Under the pieces are notes generated by a model. That model did no database searches. It saw only the letters and a program-made list of their open reading frames with translations, and had not been told where the DNA came from. 64,000 nt of DNA, taken from the NCBI RefSeq assembly GCF_006345805.1, contig NC_042999.1:11160001-11224000 (forward strand), in the 5' to 3' direction. The stretch is from Octopus sinensis (taxonomy: Eukaryota). This document shows, piece after piece, positions 52,401 to 64,000 of this stretch (within the stretch, counting starts at the first letter, position 1; every line of letters begins with the position of its first letter). The translations under genes and the position numbers were made by a program.

Positions 52401-55400
52401 CTGGTGGCACGTAAAATGCACCATCCGTATGTGGTCGATGCCAGCGCCGCCTTGACTGGCCTCCGTGCCGGTGGCACATAAATAGCACCAACTGATCATG
52501 GCCGTTGCCAGCCTCGCCTGGCACCTGTACCGATGGTACATAAACAGCACCTACTACACTCACGAAGTGGTTGGCGTTAGGAAGGGCATCCAGCTGTAGA
52601 AACATTGCCAGATCAGACTGGAGCCTGGTGCAGCCTCCTCGCTTCCCAGACCCCGGTCGAACCGTCCAACCCATGCTAGCATGGAAAACGGACGTTAAAC
52701 GATGATGATGATGATTTCCTTTTCCATAGACTCCAACTTGGATGGAGAACTTTGTCCCCTGGTTTAATCACACTCTCTGGCCATTGGATTCTTTTAGTGA
52801 AGTCTTGTCTGTTGCTAGTATTTGGTCCAGGTTTTGTCTAGGGAGGATAAATTCCTTCCATCAGTCTCAGAATCTGGTTAAATTTTTCCTCATCATCTTA
52901 TTATTCTGACTTGGTTCAGTTTTCTGCAAGGATTGAATTCTTTAGTTTAACTGTGTATCTTCTATTACAGCCAATCTTTTATTTAGAGAGAATCAAAGGC
53001 AATCATCTTTTCCCTACCATTACCTTCAACCACTTTGTACTTGCTGGATGCCCTTTACAAGAAAGAAGTCATTATGTGGCTCAACTTGTTAGAAATAGTA
53101 GCCAGTTTTCCCACATCATGCTCTATTGTCTTAAAAATGAAGAAATTCATTGGATATTTTATTATTCCATTATCAACTTCAGCCAGAAATTGTGACCATG
53201 CTGGGGCACCACTATTGGCTAAATAATATTTGACAAAAAAAAAAATGAAAAGAGGAACAAGACAGAATGATCATGGCTGGAATGTCTTTGAGAATGAGTA
53301 TGCTACCTTAAGGCCAATTTGAGGGTAACAATCACTTATGGAAATTATTTAGATTCCAAAAAGCTAGGGTAACATTTCATGGGAGCCTGTTTGTATTATC
53401 AAGTATTAACTAATTGACATAAGCAGATAATTAATGTGAAAACTTGGGTTTGATTTTCCAGTTTGAATCAAATAATTTCTCTGCAAGAATTCCACTGCAA
53501 CAACGTTGAGAAATGGAGGATGGGTAAAGAGTCTAAAGCCGGATGGATAGAGAGATAAGATAGACAGGGAGACAGACAGATAAGCCCTAGATGTAAAATG
53601 GCCATTGAGCATCATCCTGGCCAATTGAGCAAAGCAGGCATTATTTCTTGACACTCTTCAAATCCCTTTTGTAGGTCAACAACCACAAGATAAGATACTT
53701 GTATGCAAGAGACATCACTGATGCTTATCTCACCAGAAATAACACATCTGCATCCTGTGTTCCGCTTCTAATTTAAACTTTATCCTATTCAGATCAACTT
53801 TTCTACTATTTACATTTCCACTTTTTCCATTAATTCTTTGATTAAATCCTTTGGTTTGAGGCCCCTAAAGTGACTTCTTCTTCATCACCACTGGTGTTGT
53901 TGCATCTTGAAATACTCATTGCTGGCCCCCATTCCTCATACTTTCAGTATTTCACAAACTCCCTCTCAAAGTCTTGCAACTCTTTTATTTCGTACCTTAA
54001 CACCCATGGTTGACTAGATCATTTATTTCTTTATCTAGCAGCCAAGTTCTTCACATTTCATTGATACCTTGTTTCTGAACAACCTCTTGTACCGATACTA
54101 ACCCCACAGAACCCATTCTCCTGAAATCCACTGCCTTTGTTTCAATAAATTTTGAAAATAATGAAGAATTTACTAAAATAATTTTATTATTATTAATCTG
54201 GTGTTTGGAACCTAAATCAACCTGAAATTTTCAAGGGAGGTTTTTCATTCAAATCACTTTAAACCAGGCAAGTTTGTGTCAAAGAATGAAGGGCAGCCTT
54301 AGGTGGGTCAGTATTAAAAGAGTTGATCTTTCTGTTTGGGAAGGAAATCAAAAACATTATCACCCCCCCCCCCATTCTTCCTGATGTTTTCAATTGTCTT
54401 GATGATGATGATGATTTACAGACTGCTTCTTGCAGCTAGAATGACTTCTACCATAAATCTACTCAGGCGTCACCTGAAACTAAGCAGCAACAGCTGCTCT
54501 TTTCATAATTTTATTGCTGGGTTTTTGGGTTTTTTTTTCATGCCTTCAGGTAATCTATAAAGATTTTTAGAAAATCTGGAGATTTCTGTAATTTTTGAGC
54601 AGACAGGAATTTGATTGGCATCATAAGTGTTGATTAATTAACCATAGCCTTAATGTCAGCTATGTGAAATGAAGCATTCAAAACAGTGATTGCAGTAAAG
54701 TTTAAACTTGTGGTCATGTTTTCCATAAATTAGGGACTGTGGCCTCTTAATCTGGGAGTTGTTTCTTTTGCCTTTGACTAGAATTATATTTCTTTTATTT
54801 GTAGTTTTTTGGAGGTGGTAGTCATCATCATCATGATCATCCTTTAACGTCCGTTCTCCATGCTAGCATGGGTTGGATGAATGACTGAGGGCTGGCGAAC
54901 CAGATGGCTGCACCAGGCTTCAATCTTGATCTGGCAGAGTTTCTACAGCTGGATGCCCTTCCCAATGCCAACCACTCCGAGAGTGTAGTGGGTGCTTTTA
55001 TGTGCCACCGGCACGGGGCCAGTCAGGCGGTACTGGCAACGACCTCGCTCGAATCTTTTACACATGCCACTGGCACAGGTGCCAGTAAGGCAATGCTTGT
55101 AACAATCACACTCGAATGGTGCCTTTTATGTGCCACTGGCACGGAGGTCAGATAGCCACTCTGGCAACGATCATGCTTGGATGGTGCACTTAATACCCTA
55201 CTAGCACAGGGCTCAAGTGCCAGTAAGGTGACACTGGTAACGATCATGCTCGAATGGTGCCGCTCTGTCAATGATGACACTTGTATGGTGCTCTTTGCAC
55301 CCCGCTAGCACAGATGCCAGTCATGCATTGTAACCATGTATCTCTGCACCCACCATTTGTTGGTGACTCCCTACAACTCCTGGCAGATGACACTTTTGTC

Positions 55401-57481
55401 CTCTTCAGGTGAAAACCCTCCAACCCATGAGTCTGTTTGGGTATTTATTGCTGGTGAGGTTTTTACGAGGTCTGAGTGCAAATCCTACCTCAACCTCTTT
55501 TATTTGCCTTTTTATGACAGGCAGAGGGAACCATTGGGTCCATTCTTTGACAGGCCCATCCCCACACAGCATTAGAGCAATGTGAAATGAAGTGTTTTGC
55601 TCAAGAACACAACATGCTGCCCACCCCGGGATTCAAACCCATGATCTCGCAATCAGGAGTACCACATCCCAACCACTAGGCCATGTGTCTTTCTTATCAA
55701 CAGAAAATAAAGTTTAAAAGACTGTCCTAGCTAAGAGCAGAATAAGCTTTGTGGCGTGTTTAACACCTTGCCTCTTATGACTGCAAGTCATGTCCTAACC
55801 TTATGACTAAGCTTAAATAGATTTTGATCACTCAACCAAAAACATTATCAATATGCATACCTTTCTTTTTTTTGTTGTTATTTTGAAACTTTATAATGTG
55901 AGAAAAAGTCTAACATAGCCAACACCTTGTCTTTATACTACAACTGCTTTGATTTTTGGATTTAAAAAAGAAAATGAAGTCATAACAAATGCTTTAAGTA
56001 GTAGGGTTTGATTTGCTTATAAAAGCAGATAATATATTCAAATGCACACACAGATACACATTCATATATACACACACACAGCAACAAGACACATTTGTAC
56101 AATACACGGTTGGTCATGAAACCTTTGTACCTCATAAGCTGGATCATAAGACATTTGTACCTCACAGGACTGATCCCTTTTTCTTTCATCTCATTTTCAT
56201 TCCGTTGTCCCTTCATATCATCATTATATATCCAGAGGAGCATCCATGCCTAATTTCTGTCCAGTCTTTCTACATTTGCTACATTATCCTCTACATGCAA
56301 TATCCATGTTTTATTACCATGTAGCTTAACACTTTGTGCATGTCATTAAACCATTTACCCTTCTCTGAGAGAGAACCCTTTTTGGTACCAACACAGGTAA
56401 TATCACCCAAAATGTTTTCTCCCTTGTTCCTAGGCACTGGCATGGCTGTGTGATTAAGAAGTTTGCTTCCCCATCACATGGTTTTGGGTTCAGTCCCACT
56501 GCATGGTATCTTGGGAAAATGTCTTCTGCCATAGCAAAGGGCTGATCAAAAGCTTTTGAGTGCATTTGGTAGACAGAAACTGAAAGAAATGTGTGTTTCC
56601 TTGCTTTGATATCACACAATAGTTGTAAACAAGCAAAAACTATCATCCAAGCAGTGTCCTTCATTTGCAAATTTCCATGGAAACCTGTAGCCAGGAGGAC
56701 ATATTACTTGGCTTGGCAGCAGCATTTTCTCTCCTCTCATCACCTTTATGATAATAATAATCCTTTCTACTATAAGCTCAAAGCATGAAATTTTGAGGAT
56801 AGGGACAAGTCAATTACATTGATCCTAGTATATAACTGGTATTTCATCGAGCCCCCCCCCAAAATGATGAAAGGCAAAGTTGACCTCACTGGATTTTAAA
56901 GTCAGGATGTAAAGATGGCTGAAATGCCACTAAGCATTTTGTCCGGTGTGCTAACGATTTCGTTAGCTCACCACCTTAATTAATAATAATAATAATAATA
57001 ATGATGATGATGACAATTTGTGATTTTTAATAATAGGCCTAAATTAGAAACACTATTCTTGTTCTTTATGTAATGAGTTCAAATTTCAATGTGGTTGCCT
57101 TTGCCTTTCGTCCTTCCAGAGTCAGCGAAATGAAATGCCAGTCAAGTCCTGGGATAAATGGTATCAACTAACTCTTTGCCCCCCCCCCTCTCAAAATGTT
57201 TGGCCTTTTACCTGAATGGTAAAAAGAGAAGCTCTTTTTACCATTATTGTCTTGTTAAGCTTAGAAATTATTTTGTGTAAGAATTTGTTCTTACATTTAT
57301 TTTCCTACTTTTCTAAGGATAGACTATTTGTTGGAGCTGTTTCACAATTGGATGCCCTTATACCCTTTCTCCTGCCCCTCACTCAAACTGTGAAGTAGGA
57401 ATGAAAATTAGACTCCAGCCAGGAAACCAGGGGTGGCAGGGTTTTTTTTTTCTGTTCTTAGAAATAACACAATAGCTGTAA

Positions 57482-57580
57482 CTAGATTGAACTTGTGATC
57501 TTGTAGTCCCTAGTTGCCCCTGGCACATTAACCTAGATTGAACTTGTGATCTTGTGGCCCCTGGTAGCCCCTGGCACATT
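57482..57580. repeat. Two imperfect 51-bp tandem units
   Basis: ctagattgaacttgtgatcttgt...gcccctggcacatt at 57482 and 57533. Confidence 0.85.
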
Positions 57581-58931
57581 CACCTCACAGCCATTGTACT
57601 TCAGAGTATGAGCGTGTGTCTTGCTCTCTAATTCTTTAAAATGGTCAACTTGCGACATTTCCATTGATAATGCATCCTTTCTGAAAATTAGTCTTCCCTG
57701 ACCCTTTTAATATGACCCTGACACAGTGGAGAGACGAAACCTTCTTGTGGAATTTTGCCAACAATTTTGGCTTTTTTTCTCTTGAATGGTGGCCATGCAA
57801 GGGCATGGGCACATGTTTTTTGGACTAAAATTTTGTCAAAAATCAATTTTTGACCTCTAAATTGTCTTCAAGAGTTGAGGAGATATTTTGATATTGTGAC
57901 ACCTGGTTGAAGTCCATAATTTGGCAGATTAAAGGGAAATTGAACTGCCAAATATACTTAGATTTCACATTGATGAAACCTGTTAAGCTGATCACTAGAT
58001 TAACCCCAAAGTATACCTTCCTTTCTAATAGGGGTATAATTTCTTGTTTGTGATCTAATCACATAAACAGGGCCCATACAGGGAGGCAGAAGATGACAAA
58101 CTCTCATGTCTACATCATTCTTTGTCAGTGAAAGAAACTTTAGTAATGGATCTCTTTAGTAATTTTGGAAGAAGAATGTTGCTTGTAGACATTTGTAACC
58201 TTAATTTTTACTAAACAAATACCCAAAAGGATACCATTAGACTGCAAATAGAATGTTGAAATGGAATGCTTATTGTAATTTTTGCACAATAAGACTTCTG
58301 AAACAAAATTGGGTTCATGTTCTGTTAGCACTTATGCATATGATGATGGTTGCTCACTTAATATTGGTAAAATAAACTCAGGCAGAAATTGAGTTGGTTT
58401 CCCATGTTAAAGATACCATGCACAGGATATAAGAAATTGATCTGCACCTTTATTATTAGACTGATCTAATCAAGGATTTAATTTTGAATGAGTCTGATAT
58501 CTTTTTCATCATAACTTGATGAAAAAAATTGTTATGCTCATGTTTAAAGGTTTGCTGGAAATATCCTTTTAGTTCAGTGTGAGGGCCTTCTGCTGCTGTG
58601 TTGTACATAGTAAATTAAATTTAAAGAATGAAAGAAGCTTATCAAAGTTCAAGTTTTTTGGCATTCAGTCTGCCATTATTCAGAGAACTCTTAGTGCCAA
58701 AGATCACATCAATGTTAAACATTACCGAAGTATCTGTATTGGTCTTTATCTAATCCTTTGAACAGACCCGAATCAGATCAGCTCTCCACCAGCCACGCGC
58801 AAGTTATGAAGTGACTTGTAGGGAACAGACTCTACAATGGTTCAGGAATTTCAGAATAAGAGGACATTGCACAAAATATTAGTCCTTTAGACAGGTGGAG
58901 GAAGGACCTTTGAAAGAAATGGATGCCTTAA

Positions 58932-59153
58932 CCCTTCTGTTACCATATTTCTGTTGAGGTACTCTGTGTTTCTTTCAATTAATTTTTGATATAACAAAGA
59001 ATTTAGTCAAATAACTTAGTTATCATTAAGCTAGTGTTAGGAACATAAATTGCAACTATGGTTTGGTGGAAGATTTTAATTCAAAACTTATGAAAACAAG
59101 ACATTTGTACTACAGAGCCAGAGGCAGTTTCAGCTGGGTTGGTATCAAAAGGG
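58932..59153. mobile_element. Complete TTAA-flanked MITE (piggyBac-like, non-autonomous)
   Basis: TTAA at 58928-58931 and 59154-59157; termini CCCTTCTGTTACCA and TGGTATCAAAAGGG (12/14 match). Fragments of related elements near 2520, 3460-3980, 9975-10140, 37720, 54150 and 61650-61805. Confidence 0.88.
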
Positions 59154-59824
59154 TTAAGGGTTTTTATTAAACCAAAATCTGAAAACTAAATACGAGTTGT
59201 AAACTTTTGAATTACCTAGTACTTATTGTTAAATAAATTCTTCCAGATTCTTTTGTAAAATATGGATTATCTATGACAAACATTTTGTCTTGTAAAATCC
59301 TTCGTATTGACTTCCTTATTTTGTCTTGTTATGATATTTGTATCCCTTGCTCTATTGTACCCTGAATGTAACCTTAAAAATCTCTTTGAAGGACATTGTT
59401 GATATAATCAGCATCAAAAATTCTGAGTTGGATAAAAGTTGAAAGAAAACATAAAATATCAATTTTTTGTAGAAAGAGCAAAGGGTAAACATTTTGGAAT
59501 CTGATAATTCAGCCTGTCTTGAATTTTCAAAATCAAAATAGCCTGACGATAATTTTGTTAGTTGGATTTCAAAGATGGAAACTGAAAGAAACCATCATCA
59601 TCATCATCTAATGTCTGCCTTCCATGTTGGCATGGGTTGGATGGTTTGACAGGAGCTGGCAAACTGAAGAGCTGCAGATGTCTGTTTTGGCAAGGTTTCT
59701 GTGGCTGGATGTCCTTCCTAACACCAACCACTTTACAGAGCATACTGGGGGCTTTCTACGTGGCACCAACACAAGTGCTTTCTACATGCTGCAACCATGG
59801 GTACACATTATCATTCATATATAA

Positions 59825-60158
59825 GGTGCACGGCTCAATGGTTGGAGCATTGGGTGCACAATCATGAGATAGTGAGTTCGCTTCCTGCACCGGGTTGTGT
59901 GTTTCGTGTTCTTGAGCAAAACATTTTATTTCATGTTGCTCCAGTTCACTCACCTGTAGAAATAAGCTGCAATGTCACAGGTGCCAGGTTGTATTGGCCT
60001 TTGCCCATCCCTTGGGTAACACCAGTGGCATGGAGAGTGGAGGCTGGTATGCATGGCTGACTGCTGGTCTTCCATAAATAACATTCCCTGCACTTGCGCC
60101 TTGGAGGGGATCTTTCTAGGTGCAATCCCGTGGTTATTCATGATTGAAGGGGGTCTTT
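59825..60158 (+). mobile_element. tRNA-derived SINE with central conserved block (gtgttcttgagcaaaacattttatttcatgttgctccagt)
   Basis: A-box/B-box-like head; related copy at about 13590-13870. Confidence 0.7.
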
Positions 60159-61189
60159 ATACACACACACACACACATCTATACATGTGTGAGTGTTTGT
60201 GTTTCCAGTTGTAAATGAGTGTCACTGTCATACAAGCAGTTTCATTCATTTCCTCTCTTCTGTGAAAGCCTGTCTGGCCAAAGAAGATCTGCCTCAACTC
60301 AACTCTTTTCAATTCATACAAACATGGAAAAGTAGACGTTAAAATGTTGATGAAGTGACATGTGTAAACAGGCCTTACAGCCCGCTGCAGTCCTTTAACC
60401 CATCAGACCGTGTCAAACTTCCAACTCGGTGCCAGCATGGTGGATGGATGTTAATGATGATGATGATGACAATAGACTTGATAACCTTCAAGGAACACTC
60501 CAATATAACCATTTTGATTTGCATTCAATGTTTGATCTGATAATTCTGTTTTTTTTTTCATAGCATTTTCTGCTGCAGGACCCCACTTGACCCCCCCCCC
60601 CCCCGCTTTATTTGCTTATAATTATTTTAATCTCATATGTATTTTTAGTTTCAATGTTTTTAAAGAATTCTTTGAGGATTCTATATTTGTCTGTTATTTG
60701 ATTGTGTGTGTGTTCAGGATGAAGGCTGTGGTGACACAGATGCTGGTTAGAAGATCCATGCTCATTTGATGAATAATTGACGTTGATAAACTATACACAC
60801 ACACACATATATATATACATATAAACATGGCAAGCATGTTGGCTTGCAGCCATCTGGCACAGGAAATAAGAATTCCAAAATTGAACATATGCCATTGAGA
60901 GACAAGATGATTATTGGTAAAGTTTAATATGTTTCACAAAAAAAGAAAAAAAAAATGTCAGCAAATGGCATTTAAAAATAATTATATGTGGTGTGTTGTG
61001 TGTGGTGTTAGTTTCAGCACTGATATCTCCACATTGGTTCATATTTGCTCAGAAATTACTTGATAATATTTTAAGGTTACTAGAATTTCCCCACCCCTTG
61101 TTCTCAAATGAATACAAGAATAAGATTAAAACTTGTTAAAAAGCTGAAACAATGCTAAATGAAATGCAAAAATGAAAAACGGAACAGTT

Positions 61190-61640
61190 AATGTTTTACT
61201 TTTGTATTTCTTTGATATTTTGGGGTTAGAACCACTTCATCAGGACACAGTGAGGGTGGAGTCTAGAGACAGTATAAAGCTGTTATCTTTACTCAGATGT
61301 GTGGGAGGCAGTAGAGAGATGTGTAGATGGGCGTTGTTATAGTAACCAGTCAGTTTCATGCGTCCTTGTCTGTTGTTTAATTAAGGTTTAAACTAATTAA
61401 TTAGGATTCAAAGATTGACTGTGTTGCATTCTGTGGCTCTGATATGGTAAACCCCTGGGTCTGGCACTTTTGCTGGTGTTTAAGGATTCATATGTTTATT
61501 TACACATGTTCTTTGAAATGGATGTACAGTTTTCTGATGATGCTCCCAACATAAGAAGTATCACATTTACTGCAGACCACTTCATATACTACATAGGCCC
61601 TTGAGCAGATTTTTAAGTTATTGATGGGGCAGTTGTTTTG
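61190..61640 (-). mobile_element. Penelope-like element 3' remnant (GIY-YIG endonuclease and decayed hammerhead)
   Basis: Minus 61592-61503 reads VVYEVVCSKCDTSYVGSIIRKLYIHFKEHV, a GIY-YIG pattern, followed by an ILIN*FKP*LN-like C-terminal motif and CTGATGA (61243-61237) with a GTGGTT/AACC stem. Confidence 0.75.
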
Positions 61641-62559
61641 CTTTCAATTTTGAAAATAACAAAAAATTTAATAAAGGGAACTCATTCCTTTTTTGAAACA
61701 TAAATTAGCAGGAAACTTTGAAGGCTTTTAATTTCGATCAATTTAAAACATGAAGTTAGTGTCCTAGAACCAGGAACAGTCTCAGGCAGGTTGATATCAA
61801 AAGGGTTAACGTTTCGCTTACACACCTGGCTGGACAAAGCAGCAACTACACACACATTCTAATCTTTAATCCATCGGACTGTTTGGTGATTTCTAAAACA
61901 ATTAGAAATGGCTAAAAGGGAAGGTGTTTTAGAATTGATGTCAATGGTTTATCCCAACTTACGGTAATTGTCCAAACCATGTTAATCAATGTGTTTGCTG
62001 TAATTGGAAAGCCTCAGCTGTCATTGTCTGTAACTAAAAAATCTGTCTGCCAATGGTGTGTCATCATTGCCATTTTTAACATCCACTTCTCCATACTTGC
62101 ATGGATTGAAGGGAATTTGGGGAAGCAGATTTTCAGTGACTGGATGCCCTTCCTGTCACCAACCCCCTCACCCGTTTTGAGGCAAGATGATATTTCACAC
62201 CATAGCCAGACTTGTTTTCATAGAAGATTGGAAACAAATGACATTTCTTGTGTGACTGATGCTTATTTACACCTGTTTACTGATGCCAAGCCATGGAGAA
62301 AGGAACACACGTGGCTTCTTTTCATTTCTGTCTACCAAATCCATTCACAAGGCTTTGGTCAGCCTGGGGCTAGAGTAGGGGTCAAGGTGCCACACAATGG
62401 ACTGAACTTAGCTCTACTGTCATCTCAACACAGGCATGGCTGTATGGTAAGAAATTTCCTTCCCAGCCAATTGGTTACGGGTTCAGTCCCATTGTGTGGT
62501 ACTTTGGCAGGTCTTCAGCCAAAACCTCGTGAATGGGTGCAAACTGAAAGAATTCCTAC

Positions 62560-62604
<45 letters not shown>

Positions 62605-64000
62605 GAGACTCTCTCCTTACCTTGGCAGTGCGTGATAATTGTAAACAAGCATTACCATCATGCTAGCAGTGTTCTTAGTTTCCACTCTTCTATGTATATA
62701 TACCTGGTGATGAAGTATTACCTTACCTGGAAACTGGCAAAGGTTGGCAACTGGAAGAGTGCCCAGCTGTAGAGAATTTGCTTCAATAAATTCCCTCGGA
62801 AAAGTGGAGGATGATGATGATAGCTATAAACAAAAATAAATTTTGAATTGGTAGAAACCGAGACAGGTGCCTTGCTGTAGAGGAGATACACAGTTGTCCC
62901 AGTCCACTTTGTAAAGTGGTTGGCATTTGGAAGGGCATCCGGCTGTAGAAACCATGCCAAAGCCGACACTGGAGCTTGGCACAGACCCCAGGCTTACCAG
63001 CTCCTGTTAAACCGTCCAACCCATACCAGCAAGCCAGATGGACATTAAATGAATTGATAATATTCTGGTGATTTATTTGTATTTAGTGTGAAAAACAATT
63101 GGTTTTAATCTCAAATTATTTTTTGTAAATGTTTTTGTTTTTATCTCTTCTCCACCCAAATGTTAAATATTTATTTATTCTCGTTCCTCTTCCATTCCAT
63201 TTCTATTGAACAACTGCAAATGATTCAGGCATTTCCTTTTTTTGCCTTTTATTCCAAACATCCGTCGGAATGTTTTCATTTTGTACTCATTTTGGTTTTC
63301 TTGTATTTTTTCAAATATTTTCTTATTTAAAAAAACTATTTTGTTACTGACAGAAACAACTGCTGGCAAGTTCTTTTTAAGAAAAAAAAGCAATTCCCAT
63401 GAGTGTTGAAAGCTTAGGGGGTTCTTAGCTTGCCCACCACCACCAACCTTGGCACCACCTTCTTTTAAGAACAACAATTGACAAAAAAAAGAAAGAAATC
63501 AAAGAACCCCTCAAAAACAGTTGGAATGCTGCTAACAGGAGTTTTCCTCAATATGTGGCACAATGAACAAAAATTTTTGCTATAAAATTGGTGATGAATC
63601 TGTCATTTTAAGTATGAAAATTTGATTGTCACTCAGTTGTAGGAGGTGGTTGTTGTTGCTGTTGTTGTTTGTTTTTTGTTTGTTTTTGCTCTATCTCCTC
63701 CTCCTCCTCCACCCCCCTCCTTTCTGCTGCTCCTTCCTTATTTCATTTATATTTAGCTATTTCTTTCCCTATCCACAGTGTCTGTCTGTCTGTCTCTCCT
63801 GCCTAAGCCTGACTCATTTCATCCCAAACAACATTTATTAATAAACTTGGAAGATTTCTGACTAAGTCACTGCAGGAGTTTCTTCTTCTTCTTCTTTCTT
63901 TCTTTCTATTCTAATTTTGAAGCAAAAACAATAAGTGGGGGTGGGGGTTGCTATGGTAACAAACTTCTAAAATTTATCCCACCTGATTTTTTATATTATA

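Overview
Animal genomic DNA, AT-rich and dominated by repeats. The SINE and RTE families and the microsatellite load suggest a cephalopod such as Octopus (inference, not checked against a database). Host-gene content is sparse: one confident coding exon of SMC6 (39897-40032, +), a CpG/ETS-rich probable bidirectional promoter near 27.2 kb, and a few weak exon candidates. Mobile DNA includes a near full-length but dead RTE LINE whose ORF2 carries a PHD-type finger, many RTE 3' tails, a fragmented CR1/Jockey-type LINE, two DD37D (maT) Tc1/mariner copies with TIRs, a third Tc1/mariner remnant, several MITE families and three tRNA-derived SINE families. The most notable hand-read signals are as follows. 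(1) Short non-coding elements carrying minimal type I hammerhead ribozyme motifs (2803, 16330, 42099, 45552; a partial one at about 21150; a decayed one beside a Penelope GIY-YIG remnant at about 61.2 kb). They mostly lie against (TA)n tracts, and three carry an antisense copy of their own 3' arm. (2) A full-length U1 snRNA copy with a duplicated 5' end. (3) A perfect 490-bp palindrome with a template-switch signature. Coordinates were counted by hand and may be off by a few bases.
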